DNA of 64,000 nucleotides. It comes from Cyanophora paradoxa CCMP329. Lineage: Eukaryota; Plantae; Glaucophyta. Numbering within the stretch: the stretch's first letter is position 1; each line of letters begins with the position of its first letter. Of this stretch, positions 1 to 9,800 are shown piece after piece. The DNA is taken from NCBI GenBank assembly GCA_004431415.1, contig QPMI01000273.1, positions 13,965 through 77,964 of the forward strand. The letters run 5' to 3'. A model generated the notes under the pieces. It had not been told where the DNA came from. It searched no databases and was given only the letters and a program-made list of their open reading frames with translations. The position numbers and the translations under genes are program-made.

Positions 1-42
1 GAAGCTTCCGCCACAGCACGCCGTCTCTTCCGGCCGTCCCAC

Positions 43-2373
43 GTGACCCCACTCGAGGCGGCGACCATCCTCGCTGAAGCCGCTCACCGCGACGCCGCCC
101 AGCCGCCACCACGGTCCGCCAAAACATCTAAAACAGTTGCAAAGAAAGAGGCGGCCCGGACCCCGGCCAAGAACCGTATCCCGAACCCAGCCTATACTCC
201 TGACAACTGCCACAATGATGCCGCTGACAAACTTGCCAAAACGGCCCCCGACGCCCCCCTCTCAGCCCTGCTCTTCATTCCCCACAGTTTCAAATGCTTC
301 CTCATCCGCGTCGGCCTCCCGCCCCCGTCATCCCAAGGCCCAGTCCCAGGAGCCGAGCCCTACAGAGGCAGACTCCACGCATACCGCGTTGAGGGGGACC
401 CCCGCTCTCACTTCCTAGCCGAAGCCTCCCTCTCCCAATACCTCGACTGGCGCCAGCTTCGCAACGCGGGGGCCGTCCTCAGCAATCCTCACGTTACCCT
501 CGCCCCAGCCCTCTCCCTCGTGTCCGACACGCCACCGGACCGCCGTACCCCCACAGGCGATCACCTCCGCAAAGTCAGATTCCAGTGCATTCTTGGAGGC
601 CTTCCCTCCCTCACCATCCGCCTCCTCCACGACCCCGACCTATACGGCCCTCTCTTTCCTGACGGTATCGCCCACTGCCCCTTCTGTCACCTCCCCCCCA
701 CCCCTGCCCCTGTCCCCGAGGACTCTGCTCCCCCACCCCCACCCTCCCCGCCCCCTGCTACGTGTACCCCCCCGGGGTCCCCCTCGCCCTCTTCCCCACC
801 GAAGGCCGCAGACCCCAGACAGCCCGACCCCACAACCCACCCCCCCGAAGACTTCATTCACATATTTACTTGCCCCGCCGCTCGCCTCCTCCTCCAAGCT
901 TTCCAGGACGCACTCGTGACCTTCCTCCGCACCCGGGTTCTCCGCCACTCGCCCAAACCCTTCGGACACGACGATACTATTTTTCAACTCTTTCCCTTCC
1001 TCCGCCTCGTCTCCCCTGACCCCGCCTCTCCCCCCCAATCCGCCCTCCTCTCCCCCAACGCAACTCCGGCCCTTTTCCGCCCCCCAGGTCTCACCGATAC
1101 CCTATGGAAAAAGTTTAGCCCGGCCCTGGCTGACATGCTCCCCTTCCCCGCCCCTGCCCTCCTGCGCCTAGGTACCCCGGCAGGATTGCCCGCCCTCTGC
1201 ACAGCCCTGGGCATCAACAAGACCACCACAATGTCAATCCAAAAAGATCTAACGCTACTCCTCGACCAACACCTCCGTGCGATCTGGAGGGACCGCTGCG
1301 CCCGCAACCACGCCTGGGAGCTCCGACAAGGCATCACTGACCGAACCAAACGTCGATACCGCAAACATGCCGACACCAAACCCTCCCGCTCGCCGCCAGT
1401 ACAGCCGCCTGGTCCCCCCCTTCCCCCCGCCCCCCCCGCCCCCTCCCTCCATGATACCATCTCCATCACTGACTTCTGCTGCGGATTGGACTCGGAAGGC
1501 CAACCATGGGTTCTCCTGGAAAATTTCCGCCAGGCAATTGCACGACTCCCTGCCGCCCCCTCGCCTCAGGCCGCCCCCTCCCCCCAGGCCCCCCCCTCCC
1601 CCCAGCCGCCCGATGCCGGAACCGTCGCCATGACATCTGACTTCTCTTGCACCTGCGGCATTCGATTTGCCTCCGCAGCTGCCCTCCAGGCCCACTCCGA
1701 CGCCAGACGGGGAAAGTGCCCCGCTCGCCCTGAGCCCATTTCATGCTCCGCCTCCCGACCTGCTGCACCCCCAACGCAACCATCACACAAGAACCCCGAC
1801 AACGGTACCCTGCCCGCTTCGCCTGCGGGCCCTACGTTCACTACTCAACCTTCCAAGCACCCCGCCCCAACGCCCCCCCTGGCCCCTCCCTCGAAACGAA
1901 CTCGCCCGTCGCCTGCCTCACGCAAACGGACAGCCGATACTCCCCCCGCCCCGGCACCCAAACGCCCGCGCCCCATGACCCCTCCCCTTCCCGCCTCTGC
2001 ACCCGCCCCACCCGCACCTAGGCCTACGGCGAAAAGAAAGGCAGCCGGTCGCAAGACCCCCAAGCGCGGGACCAAAAAAGCGCGAACGGTGTCGATACCC
2101 GCTGGACAACCCACAATTACGTCCCTCTTCGCACCTGGAGTGTACAAACCACTTACGACGCTGCAAGTAGCCGACTCCCCCCCCCCTCCTCGCTTCAGCT
2201 GGCCCCCCCGACCGGGACCCCGCACGATGCCGCCCCGCCGCCCCCTACGGTCCCTCCCCCGGCCCCAATTGACCCGCAAGTGTCGAACCCCTCGTCGACT
2301 CTTTGCTCTCTGCCTGCGGGCGCCTCCTCTTGATGAATCTGCCTTCGGGCACAATACCCTGTCTGTCTATTGA
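43..2373 (+). mobile_element. 3' part of a non-LTR retrotransposon (LINE) ORF2: RNase H C-terminal helix, CCHC zinc finger, Pro-rich tail; continues upstream of the window
   Basis: HNDAADKLAKTA matches the RNase H N-x-x-AD-x-LAK motif; CPFC...EDFIHIFTCP is a LINE CCHC finger; AIWRDRC resembles the IW-x-x-RN motif that ends LINE ORF2; no introns; strongly C-rich strand. Confidence 0.7.
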
Positions 2374-2503
2374 ATCTCCGATGATGGCGGCCATGCCCAT
2401 TCGTTTCCCGCCACCTCCGTCGGCCGTTCCTTAGCGTCTCGCCCGTGCCCAGCGATCGCTTTCGTCGCTCCACTGCTCTTGTAACTCATCCATCTCCTGC
2501 GCA

Positions 2504-4303
2504 GTGCTTACACTCCTCATGCCTCCCAGGCGTGCCCCCGCGCCCCAGGCGCCTGATGGCGCACCTTCGGCGGACGTGATTGTGACCGATTACTTTGATG
2601 AGCTTGATGATGAAAACGCGGAAGAGACTTCGGATCTTCCCCGTCGCGGCCCCCGCAAGCCTGCAGTCCCTGCACTTCGGCTGCTTGAGAAGCCTTCTTT
2701 GAACTCTTGGCCCATCTTTGTCTCTGCCCCAGTTACTCAGAAATATGGCACTTACGTTGTGTGGCCTGGTAGCCGTCAGGCGCTGACCGAAGCTCTCTCC
2801 TCTTTTGCTGAGGCGAATGCCATTTTCTCTGGTGTCAATACTTCTTGGTCATTGGACCCTGTCTGGGGGGAAACTGCCGACATCCGCAAGATCTCTGCTT
2901 CTGATCGTGATCTTTTCCTTAAGGGCCGTGCTAAGTCGCTTGAGAGTCTTTTTTCTAAGCAGCGTGCCTTTTCTGGCAGTAGTCTGTATGTCGATCGTTT
3001 ACTGCCTCAGCAGTCCAAATCTTTTGTGCATTCCCAGACCCGTGAGGTCTATCCGAATAATATTCGGCAGTGTGATGCCCATCGCTTCAAATTGTTTCCT
3101 TCCTTATCTCTTGGTGCTTTTGGATCCTACTTTCACATGCACCGTTCGATGCTCTCCCTTCTTGAGCTTCTTCCTGAGAATCATGTAGTTCGTCAGCGGA
3201 TTAGTCAGGATCATCTCCGGTCTCCTTCTACTCGTGCTCTTGATCACCTTCAGGCTGCTTCTGTTGTTATGGTGCACCCTCCTTCTGGTGATTCTCCTCC
3301 TTCCAGCTTTTTGTATGAATTCGGGTATCAGTCCCCCACACCTCGTATGCTTGAGCTTGATGAGGCTCTTCGTAATGTAGCACAGTTTTCTAACGAAGAA
3401 TTCCTCGATGAGCTTGTGGCTTTTGAGGCAGCCCTTCGATCTGAAGACGACCTTTATCTTTCTTCCAAATATGCCACATATCCTCATTGGCTGTCAGATA
3501 AGGGTGTCACTGTGCGCTCCTCCCTTCTGGGGGATGGTGACTTCCCACGCCTTCTCGCAGTGGCTTTCCACTTGCCGGTCACATCTTGTTCTCCGACTAT
3601 CTCTGAGTCTGTGGATAGATCTTCATATACCACTTTTTGCCGGCCGAATTTCCAGCCTTGGTCTACTGTGTCTGTGTCCTCTTCCCACTGCCGTTTTTCC
3701 TTGCTTGTAGAGGTTCCTGTCACTCATCCTCTCCACTTGGCCTCTCGTGGGCAGTATGACAAGCTAAAATCTTCTTTGGGCCATCCTACTAAGATTCAGT
3801 CTCTTGGCCTACAGGGCCCTCATGGTGTTAGTCGATTTCATGTCAACTCTCCTCGTCCTGAGTTTGCTAGCGCCCCCTACTGGGCTTCCGTCGCTGATCC
3901 CACCCGCTCCTCCAACATGAATTACTTTTCTGCGAATACTGCAGCCAATTGCAGCCTCCCTGCAGTCCAGGAGTGTACCGATCACACCCATCCCATTCGT
4001 ACTGCGTATTATACCATTCGGACTCTTTCTGATTCTCGCATCCTGTATCATTTCCATCGTGATCCTACTTTCTACTTTTTGCCTGCTGCTGTTTCTGACG
4101 CTATTGAGTCTTTCCACATTAAGCAGAAGGGTCAGCATGTCGCAGATATCATTACTCGTGAGGCTCGTGATGCTCGTCAGTCTTCTAGCGCTGCTGCTTC
4201 ATCCTCTCGTGTCCGTCGTTCTCCTTCTCCTCCTCCGAAGCGTGGCCGTTCTTCTGGAGGGAGCCATGGCTCTAAAGATGATATGGATGAGGCAGTTTTG
4301 TAA
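2504..4303 (+). CDS. Intronless 599-aa ORF, probable ORF1 of a second LINE (first ATG at 2519)
   Basis: Long ORF with T-ending codon bias unlike the host genes; directly followed by APE-endonuclease-like motifs; no domain recognised. Confidence 0.55.
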   Translation: MLTLLMPPRRAPAPQAPDGAPSADVIVTDYFDELDDENAEETSDLPRRGPRKPAVPALRLLEKPSLNSWPIFVSAPVTQKYGTYVVWPGSRQALTEALSSFAEANAIFSGVNTSWSLDPVWGETADIRKISASDRDLFLKGRAKSLESLFSKQRAFSGSSLYVDRLLPQQSKSFVHSQTREVYPNNIRQCDAHRFKLFPSLSLGAFGSYFHMHRSMLSLLELLPENHVVRQRISQDHLRSPSTRALDHLQAASVVMVHPPSGDSPPSSFLYEFGYQSPTPRMLELDEALRNVAQFSNEEFLDELVAFEAALRSEDDLYLSSKYATYPHWLSDKGVTVRSSLLGDGDFPRLLAVAFHLPVTSCSPTISESVDRSSYTTFCRPNFQPWSTVSVSSSHCRFSLLVEVPVTHPLHLASRGQYDKLKSSLGHPTKIQSLGLQGPHGVSRFHVNSPRPEFASAPYWASVADPTRSSNMNYFSANTAANCSLPAVQECTDHTHPIRTAYYTIRTLSDSRILYHFHRDPTFYFLPAAVSDAIESFHIKQKGQHVADIITREARDARQSSSAAASSSRVRRSPSPPPKRGRSSGGSHGSKDDMDEAVL

Positions 4304-4630
4304 ATTGATTGTGCTTGCTCCTGCTTCTACCTTTGTCTTGTGGGTTGCCACCCTCAATACCCCGGGCGGCTCGATAGGGAGCGGGTCGTTCCGGGATTCG
4401 GGGTTTTCCATGGCGGGGACCCTGTGGGTCTCTGCATGGTTGCTCTCCCTTTGCTCTTTTGGCGCAGGGGCTTCGGCCCCTGCCCCTAGCGGTGCGTACG
4501 CACATCACTACCTGTGCCAGGAAGGTCCCTGGCGTGCCTTGCACGTCCCTTTAGGGGCCTCTGCGGCGCTGCCATACCTTTTCACCCTGGTCCACGGGCG
4601 TGTCTTTTGCTTCATCTCTCTCTCTCTCCC
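4304..4630 (+). mobile_element. Truncated start of LINE ORF2 (APE endonuclease N-terminus)
   Basis: In-frame LWVATLNTPG (about 4338-4367) and YLCQE (about 4509-4523) resemble the APE motifs I-x-T-x-N-x-x-G and LQE. Confidence 0.45.
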
Positions 4631-4653
4631 TCGTCGACTCCGGCCACCCCTAT

Positions 4654-4780
4654 GGCTTCGGCCCCCCCACTGGCTTCGGCCCCCCCCTCGGCTTCGGCCA
4701 CCCCATCGGCTTCGGCCCCCCCCCCCGGCCTCGGCCACCCCATCGGCCTCGGCCACCCCTCTGGCTTCGGCCATCCCCCC
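4654..4780 (+). repeat. About 18-bp tandem repeat (GGCTTCGGCC[A/C]CCCC...), about 7 copies
   Basis: Directly visible; encodes ASA(P/T)P(S/L) hexapeptides. Confidence 0.85.
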
Positions 4781-6678
4781 TACTCCGACCGCCCCCTCCC
4801 GACCCCTCGCGACCCGCCTCGTCTCCGCACTCCCCGCTCTCTGCGCCGCCTGTCAGTGCCCACGCTCACTCCACTCTGCCGTCCTGGCACCTCTCCCTGC
4901 CCTGCCCCGCATCCGCTGCCCACCCCCTACCGCTGCCTCCGCCCACTCCCTCTCCTTCCTCATATCTTCCTCCTACCACCTTCTTCACCTCGACAGAAAG
5001 GGACACCGATTAATCGGGGTCCTGGGGCGCAGGTGAGGAGGAGGGAGGAGGCAGAGTGAGGAGGAGGAGGGGTGGCGGAGCGGCGGCAAGGGAGGGCGGC
5101 GGACTGCGAGACATTTCACTTCCAGGGCTCATGAGGGATGGAGGAGTTGATCAAGGGGTGGGCGCGCGGGTCTGGTTACGGCTATCACCGAAAACCATGG
5201 CTCCCCCACTCAGGCGAACCTCCCATATTGAGCGACCCATGGCCGGCACCTTGCTAGCATCTTCGGCTAGATAGATGACCGGTCGGAAGGGCGCGTCACG
5301 TAGAACATTGATACATGTGCCGTGGTGTATCAATGCGACGTCCACTTTTGCAAAAAAAAACCGGGGAGGTCGAGGTGGCCGGCGGGGAGCTCCCCGAGGG
5401 CGAGGCGGGGCCCCCCGGCTGGGCCGGGCGGTCGGGAGGGAGGGAGAGGCGCGTCAGGTCGACGGGGGGCGCCCTCCGCGCGCGGGCTCGCCGGGAGCTG
5501 TGCCGGCGGCCGCGGCCACGGGCGCCGCCGCCTGCAGCTGCTGTCAACGTCGATCGTGATAACTTCCAGAAGCGCCCTGCAGCCGACGCTGACGAAACAG
5601 ATGCCGCCGAAGTGCAGCCTTGAATGCGCTCCCCGAACCTCGCGCGCCCTCGCGGTCGATCGAGCTCGCGCTCGAAATTAAAGACGCGCTAGCGCTCAAT
5701 CGCTGGCTTCGTGCGCCTCGCTGCGCGAGAGTCTGGACGACTGCTGGCGAAGGCGGGTTCAACGGTTACTTAAGGAGCTTCGAGCTCGAGTGCTCCGGGG
5801 ATCCGCGTGCGCGAGCTCGAGCTCCTGAAAGCGGCGCCGGCCGCGGCGCCGGCGGCCGCGGCGGCGGCGGCCGCGGCGGCGGCGCCGGTCGCGATCGCGA
5901 GCTCGAGGCCTAGGCCACGCCGCGCAGGACGTTCCGCTGATCGCCGCCTCCCCCTTCATTATAGACAATATCAGCTTGCCTAGTATTGTCTCAGCCTCCC
6001 CCTTCGCTGATCGCGGGAACCTTGCCTAGTCAGCGCGCGCTCGCGATCGGCTGCAGCTGAGATATCGATCCCGATCCAGAGCGCGCGAGGCGCGAGGCGA
6101 ACGCGCACCTGGCAAGCTCATGAGCGACGCGTTGGCCGCCCTTGCGTCGTCCTCGGCCATCTTGCTTCGCGCTTCGGGCCGCGTAACCGAGGACGGCTTG
6201 ACGGCTTGACGCTTGGGGTACGCACCCAAACGAGCGCTCAGACCGCGACGTCGACCAGGCAGCGTTCGCCCCGCGCAGCCGCTCCGTTCGATCCAAGAGA
6301 CGCTCGGCTCGGCTTGGAAGGTCGGCCGGGCGGTTTTCCGGCGAGGAAGGCGGAGCGAAGTGGTCCGCCGACGCGCAGCCGCGTCGCGTCGTGCGGAGGC
6401 TCTTGGTGCATCAAGCGGACGTGCAGCGCCGATTCAGCGCTCCCGGCAGCGCGGCCACGTGTGAACGCGTGGCCGCTTTGAGCGCTGACATCAGCGGCTT
6501 GCCGCGCGAGCGGCAGCCGTGGCGCGACACGAGCGCCATCTATCGCCGGCACAAGCGGAGGAACTGCGGCGGACTCGCGAAGGACGACGAGGCGGCCGCT
6601 GGGGGCTCGGCGGGACGCCTCCGTTGAGGCCGCGGCGCGTTCATTCCGGAGGCGGCGTCGCGGCGGCGGGAAGCGGCG

Positions 6679-7914
6679 ATGGATGGCGCGGCTGCCAAGG
6701 GGCAGCTCGAGCTGCCCTTCGACCGCTACAGGCGAGCGCGCCGGCGGCCGGCCGCCTCTCCTCGGCCGGTCGCCCCGCTGACTGCTGCGGCGGCAGGTAC
6801 TCGAGCGAGCTCTTCGACTGCTGCGGCGACTGCACGTGCCTCTACGCCTGCGTCTGCCCCCAGGTCCAGCTCGGCCTGACCGGTGCCCCCGCCCGCCCCC
6901 GCCCGCCCCCCAGCCCGGCCTGCCCCCCGCCGCCCGCCCCGCCGCCGCCCCGCCGCCCTCTCACGCGGGCCGCGCGGGGTACGCAGACAGCGTGTTCGAC
7001 GGGAGCAGCGCGTGCCTCACGGCGGGGGAGGCCTGCCTCCTCGACGCCTTCTGCTGCATGGGCACCGTCGTGCGCGCCGTACCCCCCTCCCCAACCCTCT
7101 CCCCGGGTCCCGTACCCCTCCCTCACGCGGCCGGCGCCAGTTCATCGGGCTCGACCGGCGGCGCAAGGTGCAGCGCGGGTACGGTATCGAGGTGCGACGT
7201 ACCCCCCTCCGCTCCCTCCCCCTTCTCGAACGCGTACCCCCCGCAGGCGGAGGCGGGCTGCGCGGAGTGCCTCCGGATGCTCTGCTGCCGCGCGTGCGCC
7301 ATCGCTCAGGACGCCCGCGAGGTCATGTGCGCCGTACCCCCCGCCGCCTCCCCCCCTCCTCCCCCCGAGCATCCCTGCAGGCTGCGGGGCCCGGTGGCGA
7401 GGCAGCACCTGCACGCGCTGGCGGCGGGGTGGAGCCCGTCGTACCCCGACGCGCGCTCGGCGGGGGCCTCGCGGGCGTCGTCGGGCGCCTCGACGCCGGC
7501 GCTGCCGCCGCTGGCGACCACCTGGGTCCACCTCCCCGCCTCCCTCCGCCCCGCCCCGCCGGGCCACGTCCCCCTCTTCGCCCTGCCCCGCCCGCCTTCG
7601 AGCTCGCCGCCCCCGCCCCGTCCTCCTCCGCCAGCCCCCGCCCGGGCACGGGCACGGGCAGGGCCCCAGCTTCCTGCCGCCGGCCCCCTCGGCCCCGCCG
7701 CCGGCCCTCCGGTCCCTCCTCGAGCAGCTCGCCGCGGGCCCCGCGGCGGGGCGGCGCGCGGGCCCCTCGCGCGCTCCCTCTCGGCGCCGGCCTCGCCCTC
7801 GGGGCCGGGGCCCGGGGCGGGGTGGACCCGGCGCTGCCCGTGGGCCCGGGCCCCTCGCAGGAGGCCTTCGCCGCCGCCCTCGCCGCCCCGCCCCGCCCCG
7901 CCCCGCGCCCCTAG
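6679..7914 (+). CDS. PLAC8-family Cys-rich protein, multi-exon
   Basis: Exons translate to YSSELFDCCGDCTCLYACVCPQVQLG, RRKVQRGYGIE and CLRMLCCRACAIAQDAREV (PLAC8 motifs); first intron 6732-6796 is GC-AG; one apparent frameshift in a C-run near 7586. Confidence 0.85.
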
Positions 7915-8174
7915 CGCCCCCCGCCCCCTCGCCGCCCCCGCACTCTGTCAACCACACCGCGACCTCGCCACGAGCGCGCCGGGCGTTGGGAGGGGTGCCG
8001 GGGTGCCCGCGGCCTGCTGGGGGGACCATCGCTAGCCGCCTCGCCTCGCCTCGCCCGGAGTCGCGCCCCGCGCGCGCGGCTACCTTCGTATCACCGACGG
8101 ATCCCGATGCCTGTGCACGGATCCGGAGCAGAGCGACGACGTCAAGCGCTTGCACGTGTCAACAATATTCATAC

Positions 8175-8235
8175 GTATGGCTGCCACGGCAGCCTTGCTT
8201 ACAGCAAGCTAAGCACAACATGTCTTGTCATGAAG
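8175..8235 (-). repeat. Split direct repeat B2 (element 3' end)
   Basis: Identical to 11995-12055. Confidence 0.95.
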
Positions 8236-8643
8236 TGAAGGTCTAGATTCGCGCTTGCCAAAGCCGCGAAGCTAAGATCATGACTCGCTCGCTCACAAGA
8301 AGGGCAAGCTGCAACTGCGCTCGAGGACATCAGCTAGCGCACGCTGCAGAGTGAGTCTTGCGGACGTAGAATGATTGAACATTAGTGATCAATTGTTGAT
8401 CAATTATTCATCAAAAGATATCAATGGTTGGCACTAACAATGGCTTAAAGATGACTGAAGGCATAGTAAACAATGGGCATTGCTAACACACATTGAAAGC
8501 GGCTAAGCAAAGCCGCTCGAGCGGCTAGGGAACAAGCCGCTCAGCAAGTTACACAGCTTGCCCTCGCTTGTGAGCGAGGGAGACAAGCGCCGACAGCACA
8601 GCAAAGGCGCACAACTGCGAAGCAAGACTCTAAGACTAGACAA

Positions 8644-9645
8644 TCAACTACTGCGCCGAGTACGCGCGACTTGCTGCCGACATGACTGCAGCGAAGCTGA
8701 CGGGCCAGCGTAACGAGCACCAGGCCTAGCCATGAGCGCAGCCAAGGGCGGGCGCTCAGCAGAATCGATATAGCGTCGGTAGACCGCTGACAACAAAGAC
8801 CAGCGACCAACCGCTTGAACAAGCTCTTCAGGCACGCCCGCAGCAGCCAGAGCAGTAGCTCCACCGCGACGCAAGCCATGAGGTGTGATACCAGTGGCGT
8901 CCAAGCCCGCCGCGTCAAATGCGAACCGGAGAACATAGGCCACGGTCTGAGCTGACAGAGAACGAGCTGCGTCCCGAAGCTGCCCAAAAAGAGGTGCGCC
9001 CGGATCCGCGAGCGCTAGAGTCCGCAAGTAGGTTCGAAACCAGAACACCGGACAGATGACCGACTCTGGGACGGCGCCCAAGACAACTTGCGCGCCTTGG
9101 CGACGACGATCGGTCTTGGAACCGGCAATGAAGAGCACGACGCGATCCGCGCGGATGGACACATCTTGCCGCCGGAGTGCCACGATTTCGCCACGCCGCA
9201 ACAGGCCAAAGAAACCGGTAAGCAACATCACAAGGGCGCGAAGGAGCTTGTTTGAGGGGGAACGAGCGTAGGTACGAGCAATCGCCTCCAGGTGGACGGA
9301 CGTGACCAATGCAGATTGCTTTGCTGGTTTTCCACAAAGTCGGGCGATTCCTTGCAATGTTTGCAGCACAAGGGGGTGAGCAAATGCAGTAGTAAGCAAC
9401 ATCCTCTGCCTTGTCTGATGTAGCAGAGCAGAGTGACACTGGTCAATTGCTGAGAGACCGTACTCTTCATCAGCAAGAGCCACCAGCAGTGTTGCGACGC
9501 CAGAAGCTGTTGGTGGCCAGGCTGGAATGCAGTGAACCGCGCAATGGCCTTCATAGAGGACGACCCAGCGGGCGTAGAGGCTTTGGGTTCGCTCGCTCAC
9601 AGAGTTTGTTCTGTAGAAAGTGACCCGGTTGAGCAGATCAGCCAT
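8644..9645 (-). CDS. Tyrosine recombinase of the DIRS element
   Basis: GLLRRGE, SKTD, HGLRRGGAT and GRW...YRRY supply the R-K-H-R-W-Y catalytic set. Confidence 0.95.
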   Translation of the reverse strand: MADLLNRVTFYRTNSVSERTQSLYARWVVLYEGHCAVHCIPAWPPTASGVATLLVALADEEYGLSAIDQCHSALLHQTRQRMLLTTAFAHPLVLQTLQGIARLCGKPAKQSALVTSVHLEAIARTYARSPSNKLLRALVMLLTGFFGLLRRGEIVALRRQDVSIRADRVVLFIAGSKTDRRRQGAQVVLGAVPESVICPVFWFRTYLRTLALADPGAPLFGQLRDAARSLSAQTVAYVLRFAFDAAGLDATGITPHGLRRGGATALAAAGVPEELVQAVGRWSLLSAVYRRYIDSAERPPLAALMARPGARYAGPSASLQSCRQQVARTRRSS

Positions 9646-9800
9646 ACGAGCACCTGCATCACCAGAGTCAAGGGTATGTCAGACTACATTTCTTCTTCTT
9701 CTTTTTAAAGCCCCCACTCAAGCTTTCTATCCCTGTTGCTGGACAAAGTAAGCTGAGCAGAGATGAGCAGGAGTTGAATTCTGCAGCAAGAGCCTTCAAT

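Noticed and set aside
5105-5140. Hammerhead ribozyme core on the - strand (CTCATGAG...GAAA)
   Set aside because: The core should be CTGATGA, and stem II does not pair
8644-9645. Phage integrase or bacterial contamination
   Set aside because: Lies within a DIRS element flanked by intron-containing eukaryotic genes
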